Below, one piece after another: positions 43,587-57,429 of a DNA stretch of 64,000 nt. Below the pieces are notes generated by a model that did no database searches, had not been told where the DNA came from, and saw only the letters and a program-made list of their open reading frames with translations. The DNA comes from an uncultured Gemmataceae bacterium. Lineage in GTDB: Bacteria > Planctomycetota > Planctomycetia > Gemmatales > Gemmataceae. Within the stretch, counting starts at the first letter, position 1; every line of letters starts with the position of its first letter. The position numbers and the translations under genes are program-made. The stretch is taken from positions 97,587 through 161,586 of the forward strand of contig CAWFFC010000026.1 in NCBI GenBank assembly GCA_963815035.1, written 5' to 3'.

Positions 43587-44597
43587 ATGCGCGCGTTGAA
43601 CTTTCGAAAAGCGTTTACGTTGCTCGAGTTGCTGGTCGTGATCGCGATCATCGCGATCCTGATCGGCTTGCTGCTGCCCGCGGTGCAAAAAGTTCGCGAG
43701 GCGGCGGCCCGGGTCAAATGCCAGAACAATCTCAAACAAATTGGACTGGCCATTCACAATTACGAATCGGCCTATGGCACGTTGCCGCCTGCGGGACTGC
43801 TTCCGGTGGGCGGGCCGAACAACACCTGGTCGGCCACGGCCCGGCTACTGCCGATGATCGAGCAGGACAATATCGATCGCCAAATCAACTTCGACATGCC
43901 TTACTCCACGCAGCCGAATGTCTCGTCGCTGCGGATCCCGATTTACGTCTGCCCGGTCGAACAGAACGATGTGGGCAAGTTCAATTCGTCGGGCGTGCAG
44001 GTGCACTGGCCGATTAACTACGCGGCGAATCTCGGCAGTTGGATGGTGTGGAACCCGGCCAGCGGTCTGGGCGGCGACGGCGCCTTCACGCCGACGCGGC
44101 CGACCCGCATGTCCAGTTTCACCGATGGCTTGAGCAATACACTGGCGTTTTCCGAGGTGAAAGCCTATCAGTCGACGCTGAGCAAAAGCGGCATCCCGAA
44201 TGTGGCCGCGGCGCCGATCCCCGCCTCGTCCGCGGATCTGATCGCCCTGGGCGGCGCCTTGCGAATCGGCACTCCGGGCCTGGCCGGCGGCCATAGCGAA
44301 TGGGTCGACAGCAAGGTTCTCGAAACCGGCTTCACCACGGTATTTCCGCCCAACACGCCAGTGCTTTACAACAGCGGCGGTCTGGATTACGACATCGATT
44401 TCAGCAGCGCCAGCGAAGGGAATTCGGCGGGGCAATTTTCGTACGCCGCGGTTACCTCGCGCAGTTATCACAGTGGCGGCGTTAATGCCGTGCTCATGGA
44501 CGGCTCGGTGCGGTTTGTGCCCAACACGATTCATCCCGAAACCTGGCGAGCACTCGGCACCCGCGCTGGCGGGGAAGTGATTGCTGAAGGAAATTGA
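43587..44597 (+). CDS. DUF1559 family protein with a prepilin-type N-terminal cleavage/methylation leader (type II secretion pseudopilin-like)
   Basis: [34 protein letters not shown].. leader plus a C-terminal ..[10 protein letters not shown].. motif. Confidence 0.85.
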   Translation: MRALNFRKAFTLLELLVVIAIIAILIGLLLPAVQKVREAAARVKCQNNLKQIGLAIHNYESAYGTLPPAGLLPVGGPNNTWSATARLLPMIEQDNIDRQINFDMPYSTQPNVSSLRIPIYVCPVEQNDVGKFNSSGVQVHWPINYAANLGSWMVWNPASGLGGDGAFTPTRPTRMSSFTDGLSNTLAFSEVKAYQSTLSKSGIPNVAAAPIPASSADLIALGGALRIGTPGLAGGHSEWVDSKVLETGFTTVFPPNTPVLYNSGGLDYDIDFSSASEGNSAGQFSYAAVTSRSYHSGGVNAVLMDGSVRFVPNTIHPETWRALGTRAGGEVIAEGN

Positions 44598-45026
44598 ACC
44601 GCAGAATTCAAAGGCAATCCTTTACCGGTGGTCTTTACCCAGAGGCGAAGCCCACCGGTCACTTCGTGAAGCAATTCACAATCGCGATAATCAGCACAAG
44701 AAAGTAACCGGTCTTTTCACAGGCGCAGCCGAAAGATGCGTCATAAGTATTTACGGGCATAGTTTTTACGTTCAAAAATGCGATGTCAACAAACTGAGCG
44801 GACCGGTTATAACCGGTTACTTTTTTTGGACGCCCATGACGGCGCCAAGGCAACGCGGATTCGAACCAGCTGCGGCGGTCCGACTTCGGCTTGCGATTTC
44901 TGCACAATCACACAAAAATCTTAAATCCCGGCTGGGGAAACACGAATAACTGTCAGCATCGGTTATTCAATCTGACGGGGCACTGGCCCGACGGACCACC
45001 CCGGAAGCTAAACCACGAGAGAGGAC

Positions 45027-45845
45027 ATGGGTATGAAGTGCTGCAAGAAGGCCTTGGTGGTAGCGGCTGTTCTGGGCGTCGGCGTTACCGCCCTTTATGC
45101 CACCCGGGTCGGCCGTATGGCCAAGAGCGAAATGACCGGTTGGTTCAAGAAACAGATTCCGCCGGAAGTGCAACTCAAGGAAGTCAAAGACCAAATCTCG
45201 CAGATGGATAAGGACATTGACAAAGGCTGGACCCCGATCGCCATTTACGAGCGTGAGATCGCCGAGCTGCGAACGGATCTGGAATCGAAACAGCGCCAGG
45301 TGGCCACGCTTGAAAAGAAACTCGGGGAAGCCGCCGACAAACTCGACAAGAGCATTCAAAATGTCAAACTCAGCGGCCCCGCCGAGACCAAAATGCTGAA
45401 GTCGCTGAATAATCAGACCAATCTGTATGTCGCGCTGAAGAGGGAAGTGGCCTCGAAGGACAAGCTGCTGTCGGCTCGTGAGCAGAAGCTTGAGGCGGCC
45501 CGGAACCGCCAAAAGGCGCTAATCGAAGCGAAGAGTCGCCTGATGGCCGAAGTGGCCCAGATGGAAGCCGATCTGGAAGTGCTGCGGTGGCAGCAGACCG
45601 AAAGCAAGCTTCCGGCCGGCGACAATTCGCGCCTGGATGACATCAAGGAAAAGATGCGCGACCTGCAGAACCAGATCACCGATCAGAAGCGGATTCTGGA
45701 ACTGAAGCAGCAGTACAACCCGAATACGGACGTTGAGGATGCGGCCCCGGCGAGCGACCTCGGCGATTCGCGGGAAGTCGTGCTGAAGAAGGTTCGCGAG
45801 GCCCTCGGCGTCAACGACCCGCACGTGGCCTCGAAGAATAAGTAG
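45027..45845 (+). CDS. Membrane-anchored coiled-coil protein (hypothetical)
   Basis: N-terminal hydrophobic anchor followed by ~230 aa of heptad-rich K/E/Q sequence. Confidence 0.55.
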   Translation: MGMKCCKKALVVAAVLGVGVTALYATRVGRMAKSEMTGWFKKQIPPEVQLKEVKDQISQMDKDIDKGWTPIAIYEREIAELRTDLESKQRQVATLEKKLGEAADKLDKSIQNVKLSGPAETKMLKSLNNQTNLYVALKREVASKDKLLSAREQKLEAARNRQKALIEAKSRLMAEVAQMEADLEVLRWQQTESKLPAGDNSRLDDIKEKMRDLQNQITDQKRILELKQQYNPNTDVEDAAPASDLGDSREVVLKKVREALGVNDPHVASKNK

Positions 45846-45867
45846 TCCGAATCGACTCCGCGATTCA

Positions 45868-45912
45868 ACCGACGAGCCGGAGGCGTGCGTTCCCCAGAAC
45901 GCTCGCTTCCGG
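45868..45912. terminator. Hairpin plus T-run after the coiled-coil protein gene
   Basis: CGAGCCGGAGGCG..CGCTTCCGGCTCG followed by ATGTGTTTTTA. Confidence 0.45.
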
Positions 45913-46077
45913 CTCGATGTGTTTTTACGGCGTTCGGCTTTCCGCTGGTGGCCAAATACCAAACTAATCTCCGGCACTTTGATAAACTACTCACATGGGC
46001 TCAATGCCGATCGCCGAGAGCCGAACAGTACATAGCAGAACGCTGATTGCCGAAAGCCGATAGCCGAAAGCCGATCC

Positions 46078-47439
46078 ATGTTTGGCGCCGCTTGGTTGAC
46101 GTTGCGACAAGTCCGGGAAGCCCTGCGGTCAGGGCGGCTCGAGGAAGCTAGCCGTTTGTTGGGCGAGCGCGGCGTGCGCGGCCACAAGCGTGCGTTCGCA
46201 CTTCAACAAGAGGTCATTCGCGGATTCGTCGAACGGGCCGAGCGGAATTTGCGGGCCGATGCGATTCCCGCCGCTTGGGAAGATGTGCGCAAGGCCGAAC
46301 TCCTGTCGCCGAATGACCCGACCATTGAGCGGTTTCGCCAGCGCTTGTTGAGCCTCGGGCGAGCGGAGGCGAAGGCCGCGCTGGAGGCGGGCCGGCCGGG
46401 ACGCGCCGCCGAGGCGGTCGCCCGAATTCGCGACCGCGGCGCCCGGCAGGCCGAGCTGCACCCATTCGACGAGGCGGCGCGCAACTGGCTCTTGGCCCGC
46501 GAATCGGCCGACGCGGGAGAGTTTGCCCTGGCGCTGAAAAACCTCGACGGCATCCAGGGGCTCATGCCGCCGCCCACGACCGGTTTGGACGATTTTCGCA
46601 ATCAACTGCTCGAACGCCAGGAATCATATCAGCAGGGAATGATGAAGTTGCACGAGGCGATGCAACAGCGACAGTGGCGCGAAACGGTCATGCACGCCGA
46701 GCAGGTGCTGAAAGCCGCGCCGCAATGCGGCGAGGCAAGAAAGGCCCGCGCCACCGCCTGGAAAATGGTCGAACCGGAAACGACCTTGCCCGGCGAAAAC
46801 CGGAATTCCAGCGTCGAATTCGTGCTCCCCGCCGAGGAACCGCGCGAATCGCTTCGCCGCCTGCTGCTCTGGATCGATGGCGTGGGCGGCTATCTCATCT
46901 GCCTGACCAACCGCGTGACCTTGGGCCAGGCCACCGGCGACGCCCCCGTCGATGTGCCCCTGCTGGCCGATGTTTCCCGCATGCACGCCACCCTTAGCCG
47001 CGATTCCGAAGGCTACTTGATCGAGGCCGCCCGGCCGGTGCTGGTCAACGGCCAGTCGCAAACACGAGCCACGCTCCACCCAGGCGACCGGGTCACGCTC
47101 GGAACCTCGTGCCAATTCCTGTTTCAGAAGCCGGTGCCGATTAGCAGCAGCGCCAAACTGGAAATGGTCAGCGGCCATCGCCTGCCGCTCTCGGTCGGCG
47201 CGGTGCTGCTGATGGCGGATTCATTGGTGCTGGGCGGCGGCTCGCAGGTTCACGTGCCGATTCCCGATCGAAGCGAATCATTGGTGCTCTTTCGGCACAA
47301 GGACGGGCTTGGCCTGCGCTGCCCGGGCGATTTCACGATTGACGGCAAGCGCTGCAAGGACAAGGGCGTGCTCGGCATTCAAGCCGCGGCCCAGGGGCCG
47401 GATTTTGCACTGGCCATTGAGCCGGCTGGTAGGATTTAG
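46078..47439 (+). CDS. FHA-domain protein (helical N-terminal region plus an FHA phosphopeptide-binding domain)
   Basis: ..LLLWIDGVGGYLICLTNRVTLGQATGDAPVDVPLLADVSRMHATLSRDSEGYLIEAARPVLVNGQ.. FHA core. Confidence 0.7.
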   Translation: MFGAAWLTLRQVREALRSGRLEEASRLLGERGVRGHKRAFALQQEVIRGFVERAERNLRADAIPAAWEDVRKAELLSPNDPTIERFRQRLLSLGRAEAKAALEAGRPGRAAEAVARIRDRGARQAELHPFDEAARNWLLARESADAGEFALALKNLDGIQGLMPPPTTGLDDFRNQLLERQESYQQGMMKLHEAMQQRQWRETVMHAEQVLKAAPQCGEARKARATAWKMVEPETTLPGENRNSSVEFVLPAEEPRESLRRLLLWIDGVGGYLICLTNRVTLGQATGDAPVDVPLLADVSRMHATLSRDSEGYLIEAARPVLVNGQSQTRATLHPGDRVTLGTSCQFLFQKPVPISSSAKLEMVSGHRLPLSVGAVLLMADSLVLGGGSQVHVPIPDRSESLVLFRHKDGLGLRCPGDFTIDGKRCKDKGVLGIQAAAQGPDFALAIEPAGRI

Positions 47440-47606
47440 CCGTCAATGGGCTCGACGTCGCGGAGCGCGTCGGCTTCTCTATGTGCTTGCTCCGGTTGAG
47501 TTCCCCGAAACGCGCTTCAATCTAAAGATTTCGCCGCCTCGAACGAATTACTTTTCACAGTGCCAAAGCGACGGAAAATCGAACCACTGACAACGGACGA
47601 CCTGTC

Positions 47607-49218
47607 ATGAAGTTCACCTATAGCACCGGGCAGCGACCGCTGGACGGATACACCATCAAGCGCGGCGTGGGCAAGGGCGGCTTCGGCGAAGTCTACTTCG
47701 CATTGAGCGACGGCGGCAAGGAAGTGGCGCTCAAACTGCTGCGCGGCGACCAGGCCGATATCGAATTGCGCGGCATCCGCCAGTGCCTCAACCTTAAACA
47801 TCAAAATCTCGTCTCCCTTTATGATGTGAAGGCCGATCTTCATGGCGAACCCTGGATCGTCATGGAATATGTCGCCGGCGAGACGCTCAATGCCATTCTC
47901 AATCGCCATCCCAAGGGCCTGCCGATCGAGCTGATCCAGTCGTGGTTCCCGGCGCTGTGCCGCGCGGTCGGTTATTTGCACGATCATGGAATCGTCCACC
48001 GCGATTTGAAACCGGCCAACATCTTTCTTGAACAGGGCCTTCTCAAAGTCGGCGATTACGGCTTGAGCAAGAGCATGAGTTCGAGCCATCGCTCGGCCCA
48101 AACTTGCAGCGTGGGCACGGTCCACTACATGGCCCCCGAAATCGCTTCGGGCAATTACGACAAGTCGGTGGACATTTATGCGTTGGGCGTGTTGCTGTAC
48201 GAGATGCTGACCGGCGCAGCTGCCGTTCGACGGCGAGTCGGCCCAGGAAGTGATGATGAAGCATTTGATGTCGTTGCCGGATTTGAATAAGGTGCCGACG
48301 CCGTTCAAACCGGTGCTGGCGAAAGCCCTGGCGAAGGACCCACAACATCGCCATCAGACCGCCGCCGAACTGGTCAAAGACGTCGAGACGATCTTCGGCG
48401 AAGCCGTCCCCGCCACTCCCAAGCCAGCGCCGCCAAAACTTGAGGCAAAACCAGTTTCCAAGCCATTCGAGAGGCCGCGCATCCCGCAGGCGATTCCGGT
48501 CGCTCGCCCGGTCGGCAAGGCGGTCGAAATTCCGTTGAATCGATTCCCGCACAAGCCGGTCCAACCCGAACCGTTGTCCGTCGTTCCCGCGATTCCATTT
48601 CGCGTCAAGATCGCCGAACTCGCCGGATCGATGACGTTGTCGGTGGTGTTCGCGGCGGTTGCCACAACCCTGCTGGCTGCACTTCGCCTAAGCACCGACT
48701 GGACCGCCATTGGCACCCTGTTCTTCCTCACCGTCGCGGTTTGCTGGGCGGTCTTGATTCCATCGAAGTTCTGGGCGGGCAAGACCAAGGACGAGTCGGC
48801 GCGCCGATTGACGCTGATGGCCGGCGGAGCGCTGATCGGGCTTGGAGCCCTGTGGCTGGACGGCTGGTCGCCTGACCTTCCCAGTCTAGGCGACGGACCG
48901 ACGCACGCCGTTTCGACTACGCTGTCCGCGGAAAATGTCATCCCGATCGGCGCCGGCTATGTGGCGTACTTCGGCCTGGTCCTGGGTCTGCTGCGGTGGT
49001 GGAAAGTGTCCGATCGCCGCCGCGACTCCTGGTTCAGCTTTTTCCCGGTGTTGGCGACCGGCATCTGGTCCGCGGTGTTATTGCCGCTGTGGCCCTGGTC
49101 GGAACGGCCGTATGGAATCGCGGCGCTAGTGATGGCGTCCATGATTGTGCAGTGGGTGAGTCCGTGGCAGGCGCCGCCGCCGCCCGCGCCGCGAAAATTG
49201 AAACTGCGTCGAGCCTGA
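47607..49218 (+). CDS. Ser/Thr protein kinase (RD-type) with a C-terminal multi-TM region; one frameshift near 48215
   Basis: [34 protein letters not shown] in ORF 47607..48290; continues as ..[17 protein letters not shown].. in ORF 48250..49218, which has 4-5 TM helices. Confidence 0.8.
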
Positions 49219-49254
49219 TCGAGTTGATCAATCCTCCGGCAAGGGCCGCGACGA

Positions 49255-49998
49255 TTGTGGAGTTTTGCCATGCGTGCTTCGTTGATAGTCGGCTTTGTGG
49301 TAATCGCTCTGGTCGGGCTGTCGCTACGGCATCGGGATGACGCGCGCCGTCGCGCCCCCCACGGAGTCAATGCTCGCCAACAGGTTGAAAGCAAGCCGTC
49401 GAAACGCCGAGGCTCCAAGCAGGCCGCGGCGAAGGCCCCCAAAGCGCCGGAGCAACCGGCCGAACCCAAGGCGCCTGAGGTGGAAATCGCGCCGATCACT
49501 CGGAGTTCCGATTCGAGCAAGGCAATCTGGAGCAAGGAAGTTCGAGGCGAACCGCGTGCGAGCATTCAAGCCGCGCGGCAAAGCGCCCTGGAGACCGCCG
49601 CTGAGAAACTGGATGGATACTTGAAAGAAAACTACCCGGTTTTTGAGTGGACGCCGACGCCGAAATTCATCGCCGATCAGAAAATGATCGTTCACGAAAA
49701 TCAAGAAGAACAAAGGCTCATCGACCAGGAAGCGCCGATCATGTACACCCAGACGCTCACCATCGAACTGCGGGATTCGCAGTTGAAGGCGGCGTTTGAG
49801 GAAAATCACCACGAGCGCGTGCAAACGCGGCTGTGGCAGGCCGGCCGCGGACTCGGCGGTCTGCTGATCGTCCTGCTCGCCATCGTCGGCTACGTCCGTC
49901 TGGACGATTGGACCAAGGGCTATATCTCATTGCCGCTGAAGCTAACGGCGGCCGCGCTGGCTGTCGCCGGACCAGCCGCGCTCTGGTTCCTCATCTAG
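49255..49998 (+). CDS. Hypothetical membrane protein (N- and C-terminal TM helices, basic low-complexity linker)
   Basis: 247-aa ORF, no recognisable domains. Confidence 0.5.
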   Translation: MWSFAMRASLIVGFVVIALVGLSLRHRDDARRRAPHGVNARQQVESKPSKRRGSKQAAAKAPKAPEQPAEPKAPEVEIAPITRSSDSSKAIWSKEVRGEPRASIQAARQSALETAAEKLDGYLKENYPVFEWTPTPKFIADQKMIVHENQEEQRLIDQEAPIMYTQTLTIELRDSQLKAAFEENHHERVQTRLWQAGRGLGGLLIVLLAIVGYVRLDDWTKGYISLPLKLTAAALAVAGPAALWFLI

Positions 49999-50111
49999 CG
50001 CGAATTAAACTTCGTTCGACGGAGCCTGTTGCCCCCGCGCTGCGAAAAAGCGTATATTATGGGATGAACGGTCTGGCTGTACGCCGAGGGCCGTGAGCCG
50101 ATGGCCGGAAA

Positions 50112-50758
50112 ATGTCTTCAGAAAGCGACCGGCTGCTGATTCAGGGCATTCGCAACGGCGACCCCGGGGCGTGGGAGCAACTCATTGCCCGCTACGAAGG
50201 CCGCCTGCTTGCGTTCGCGCGTCAGCGCCTCCAGGACCGCAGCCTCAGTGAAGACGTCGTGCAGGACACGTTTGTCGGCTTTCTCACCAGCTTGCCGAAT
50301 TTCGACGATCGCCGGGAATTGCAGACCTATCTGTTCACAATCGCCGCCTACAAAATTACCGATCAGCTTCGCCGCAGCAGTCGTCGTCCGCATTATTCCC
50401 ACGGCGAGGCCAACGACGACATGCTCAACCACCAGCTCGATGCCCGCCAGGGAACCGCATCGAGCGCGGCCCGCAGCGTCGAGCAACGCGAACTCGAGCA
50501 GACGGCGATCTCCCGCGCTTTGGGCCAACTCGTTCAGAAATGCGCGCCGACGGCGACTACCAGCGCTTGAAGGTGATGGAACTTCTCTTGTGCCGCGGCT
50601 GGCCCAATCGCGACGTCGCCAAGTATCTCAAGGTGAGCGAACAGCAGATTGCGAATATTCGCTTCGCGGCAATGAAAAAAGTCGCGGAGCACGTTCGCGC
50701 TGCCGGTCTGCCCGTCGAGGTCTTTCCCGAACTCTACGAAGTCGAAAACACCAAGTAG
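50112..50758 (+). CDS. ECF/sigma-70 family RNA polymerase sigma factor, one frameshift near 50540
   Basis: ..RLLAFARQRLQDRSLSEDVVQDTFVGF.. (region 2) and, in the shifted frame, ..WPNRDVAKYLKVSEQQIANIRFAAMKKV.. (region 4 HTH). Confidence 0.7.
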
Positions 50759-50764
50759 CCTGCA

Positions 50765-52223
50765 TCATTTCGCCAACTCGCGCTCCGTCCGTTCGATCAA
50801 TTCCCTCACCGGCCATTCACGGCTCCCGGCGGTCAGGCGTTCGTCGTCCTGGAGCCATTGCCGAACCTTTTTCTCGGCAGCTACGGCGGCGCTGTGGCTC
50901 TTGCCGCCAAAAAACTTGCTGATCTCGCCGAACGACGCCGCCGTGTGCTTGCGGCTCAGATAAATCGCCAGCATGCCGCGGATGGCTCACGGCCCAGCTG
51001 CGCTCCTTGCCCTGCAACGTGCCGGCGGGCAATTGCAACACCTGACGCACCGCCGCATCCACATCGACCAGGCGAACCACGCGTACGGCGTGTCGCAGCA
51101 AGTCGCCCAGCGCTTCGCGCGCCAACTCGCGATCGATCGCCCGCCCGGTGACCCGGCTGAAATGCCGCAGCGAATGAATCGCCCCCTCCAGTTCGCGGAC
51201 GTTGCCGCGCAAATGTTCGGCCAAATAGGCCAACACATCGTCCGCCAGCGGGGCGGCCCCGTTCGCCGACGATTTGGTTCGCAGCAGCAATTGTCGCGAC
51301 TCGCCGTCGGGCGGTTGCAAGCCCCAAATCGCGCCGCCCAGCAGCCGGTCCATCAGTTCCGGCCCGAAATCATCATTGAGCCGCGGATGGCAGTCGCAGC
51401 TAAGCACCAGTTGTTTCCCCTCGGCGATGAGCGCGTCGAATGTGTGCAGGAATTCCTCCTGCGTCGCCCGTTTCCGCGCCAGGAAATGCAAATCGTCGAG
51501 CAACAACACGTCGCCGGAACGGAAATACTTGCGGAACGCGGCCTGCTTGCCGAAGCGAATTGCCGTCACGCAGCGATTGGTGAAATCCTCGGCGGTGACA
51601 TAGATCACTTTCAGTTCGGGATAGCGCCGGCGGATGCCCGCGTAAATCCCCTCGAGCAAATGCGTCTTTCCGGTTCCCACCGGGCCGTGCAAAACGAGCG
51701 GATTCGGCCCTTGCCCCGGCTCCTCGACGACGCTCATCGCCGCGGCATACGCGACTCGATTGCACGACCCGACCACGAATTCGCCGAGGTGATGCCAGCG
51801 GCGTTTCGGAAGGTCCGGCTTGTCGGCCTTGGGCTTCGCGCTGAATAAATCGGGCGGAACTTCGGTCTTGGTTTTGGCGTTCGGTTCGGCGTCGACGGCA
51901 GCTTGCTTTTGTTCGGCCCGCAGGGCCTGGAATAATCGCGGCTCAATGCGAAAACGCACCTGCACCGGCCGGTCGAACATCTCGGCGACGGTCTGGCGAA
52001 TCGGATCGCCAAGAAGTTTTTGAATCCAATTGAGGAAATGGAGATTGGGGACGCCGACGATCAGGCAATCGTCGTCCAGTTCGAAAACGGACCGGTCCTT
52101 CAGCCACAGATCGTAGCGATTCTGACCGATCCGATCGATCAGCAGCGGCGTCAGCACCGCGGCGAAATCATCCGCCGGGGCCGGATTTCCACGCTGCTCG
52201 ACGCGTTCAACTCCAAACGGCAT
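50765..52223 (-). CDS. dnaA: Chromosomal replication initiator DnaA, one frameshift near 50970
   Basis: AAA+ Walker A LVLHGPVGTGKTHLL, ..VLLLDDLHFL.., sensor ..SCDCHP..; domain IV HTH in ORF 50765..50974 (MLAIYLSRKHTAASFGEISKFFGGKSHSAAV). Confidence 0.85.
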
Positions 52224-52558
52224 CGGCACGGAGCATCCCCTCTTGCGCACCTTGCAAAGGGCGAGCGATGATCGCGCAAGAGAGGTCGATTAGATGCCGA
52301 GGAGCGGAAGGGAGTCCGTTCCGGCGGCGAAAACTCGGAGAAGCGATCCTATTGCGGCGCGCGGCCGAATGCCAGAGCAGTTTTCTCGAAATCCTCACAC
52401 AGGCAACGACCTGCCCAGGCGCGATCCGCCAAAAGCGCGGCCGACGCCGCGCCAGTGCATCGGGAAAAGCAGGCGAATTCGTCGCCTTGCGCGGTTGCGA
52501 CTAAAAATCTCAGCTGCGATCAAGTTCCGCACTCAAGTCAACCGCAGCTGGGGAGACG

Positions 52559-54134
52559 TCACTTTTTCGGCGCCGGTTTCGGTTGTGTCACCATTTCCCA
52601 GTCGTCGGTGCGGAACGGCGATGTCGGCAGTCCGGCCTTGTTCCACAAGTTGGTTTCCGGGAAATTGTTCCAGCCGAATCGTACCGCCTTGGGCTCCTTG
52701 ACCTTCGGGCTAAACACGGTCACCGAGTTCTTTCCATTGATGATCGCATACGCCGGGACAAACTTTTTGTCGGCGCCGGCGATGGTGAAACCGGTCAGTT
52801 TCTGGCCGCGAAGCGCAAGTCCGCCATCGACATGATTAAACGTCAAATTCACGTGGTCGCCGGCGACGCGCATCGATCTGTAGATTGGTCCGGAATACTC
52901 GATCGGCTGCTCGTACGCGATGCCAAGCGCCAACAGCGCAAGGCGGCGCCGACCGGTTCTTTCTGCTTGGGGTGAATGTCGGTGCGATCGCCCACGTCGG
53001 TGATGACCGCCATACCGGTTTTCGGCAACGACAGGGTCATCAATTGCGCTTCGCGCAATTCGGGCCAGGTCTGCTCGTTGGGCACGCCCCAGGGCGCCAG
53101 TTGCACGAACAGGAACGGAAAATCGCTGCCCCAACGCTTGCGCCAGTCCTTGATCATGGTGGGGAACAGGGTCCGATATTCGTATGCCTTGCCTGCGTTC
53201 GATTCGCCCTGGTACCAGATCGCTCCGGCAATTCCATAGGGAATCAGCGGCGAAATCATCGCGTTGTAAAGCGTGCTTGGCGACCACGGAGACGTCGCGG
53301 GATTCGGCAGCGGATAGGGTCGATAGGGAACCGGCTTGCCGGCGGCCTTCGCCTCCGCCGCGGCCTTCTCCCACTTCGCCAGATCGTCCTTGAATTTTGC
53401 CTTCGCCTTCTCCGGATCGTAATTCTTGATCGCGTTTGCAAGCACTTGATTGTAATAACCCAGCGTCGGTTCGTTCTCGAGTGCTTCCTGGCTGGTCCAA
53501 GCTTCGGCCGGCGTGCCGCCCCACGACGTGTGAATGATTCCGACCGGCACTTTCAACGCTTCGCGCAAGTGCTTCCCGAAGTAATAGGCCACGGCGGAAA
53601 AATTGATCGCCGACTGCGGCGTGCATTCCTGCCACTTCGGCCGACTGACGATCGACGTTAGCGGCGTGGGCGCGGCCACGTTCGGCACCGTGTACAGTCT
53701 GAGCAGTGGATCGTTCGCCGCCGCGGCTGCCTTTTCGCCATCCTGGGTGTAGCGCAGGGCCATTTGCATGTTCGACTGGCCGCTGGCAATCCAAACCTCG
53801 CCAATCAGCACGTCGTGAATTGTGACCGAGTTTTTCCCCAAGAACGTGAGCGTGAGCGGATGGGCCGCGCCGGGTTTCGCGATCTGCTTGGGAAGCCGCA
53901 CCATCCATCGGCCCTTGCCGTCGGCGATCGTCCGATCCTGAGCCTTGACATGATCGCCTTCGAGAATGACTTGGACTCGCTCGCCCGGCTCGGCAGTGCC
54001 CCAGACCGGGATCTCACTGTTGGCCTGCAGCACGACATGATCGGTAAAGAGCACATGCGGAGTCACGTCCGCGCGCGCACCGCGACCGGCGACAACAGCC
54101 CGGCCGCGAGAATGATCGCGATTTTGATGTTCAT
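52559..54134 (-). CDS. Sialate O-acetylesterase-like SGNH hydrolase, two frameshifts (inside the signal peptide and near 52930)
   Basis: Hallmark ..EVWIASGQSNMQ.. motif and the C-terminal ..KLTGFTIAGADKKFVPAYAIINGKNSVTVFS.. domain. Confidence 0.75.
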
Positions 54135-54266
54135 GGATGAGAGTCCTGAAGATTGGGGGGCGGGTGCAAAACCCCAATGTACCACGTTCGCCGCTCATGC
54201 CAAGCGCCGGAATTCGTAAAATCATGCTGCGAATCGCGAGCTTCTCCGCATCGCACGGAGCCTCTT

Positions 54267-54893
54267 ATGCCCAAGACTTCGAAATCGATCTATGGTGTTC
54301 ATCCCAGCGTGAAAATGGTCGCTGACTGGATTGACTCACTGAAAGCCAAAACCGGCAGAACGCTGCAGGAATGGCTGGCCGTCCTCGAGAAGGATGGTCC
54401 CGAGGACGAAAAAGCCCGCCGCGACTGGCTCAAGTCGGAGCACGGCTTCGGCGCCAACGCCGCCTGGTGGATCGCGGAACGCGCCGATGGAAAGGGCTGG
54501 GAAGACGGCGACCCGGACAAGTATCTCGCTCAGGCAGAGATCTTCGTTCGCGATCAGTACGCCGGCGGCAAATCCGACCTGAAGCCCCTTCACGAGGTCC
54601 TGCTGTCGGCCGCCGCCGAGCTGGGCGACGATGTCAAAGCTTGCCCGTGCAAAACCATGGTCCCGCTCTACCGAAATCATGTGTTTGCCGAAATCAAACC
54701 AGCGACGAAAACCCGCATCGACTTCGGCCTGGCCCTTGCCAAGTTCACCGGCAAGATTCCCGCGCGATTGATCGACACCGGCGGCAAGGAAAAGAAAGAC
54801 CGCATTACGCACCGGATCCCCGTCTCGACCAAGGCCGACATCGATGCTGAGTTGAAAAAGTGGTTGAAAATCGCTTATGAATTGGATGCCTGA
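54267..54893 (+). CDS. DUF4287/DUF5655 domain protein
   Basis: MPKTSKSIYGVHPSVKMVADWIDSLKAKTGRTLQEWL.. matches the DUF4287 N-terminus. Confidence 0.65.
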   Translation: MPKTSKSIYGVHPSVKMVADWIDSLKAKTGRTLQEWLAVLEKDGPEDEKARRDWLKSEHGFGANAAWWIAERADGKGWEDGDPDKYLAQAEIFVRDQYAGGKSDLKPLHEVLLSAAAELGDDVKACPCKTMVPLYRNHVFAEIKPATKTRIDFGLALAKFTGKIPARLIDTGGKEKKDRITHRIPVSTKADIDAELKKWLKIAYELDA

Positions 54894-54925
54894 CGCGGCT
54901 TGCAGCGTTGCAGATTGAGTTACCG

Positions 54926-57332
<2,407 letters not shown>

Positions 57333-57345
57333 AGGCTCTAAAACA

Positions 57346-57412
57346 ATGAGGAACGCAGGAAGACAGGAACAATAAAGCTGCTATTTTTTCCTGTGTTCCT
57401 GCCTTCCTCATT
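57346..57412. terminator. Imperfect hairpin with a T-run between the convergent eno and sulfotransferase genes
   Basis: ATGAGGAACGCAGGAAGACAGGAACA..TATTTTTTCC..TGTTCCTGCCTTCCTCAT. Confidence 0.4.
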
Positions 57413-57429
57413 CATTCTTTTCAGGCGCT

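Noticed and set aside
44840-44870. GGTTCGAATCC T-loop-like sequence (minus strand) suggesting a tRNA
   Set aside because: The flanking sequence does not give complementary T-stem or acceptor-stem pairing, and no anticodon or D arm could be built. It is kept only as a possible tRNA remnant.
52224-52558. oriC next to dnaA
   Set aside because: The region upstream of dnaA is GC-rich and I found no cluster of DnaA-box-like 9-mers and no AT-rich unwinding element. The AT-rich region in the window (43265-43586) is far from dnaA.
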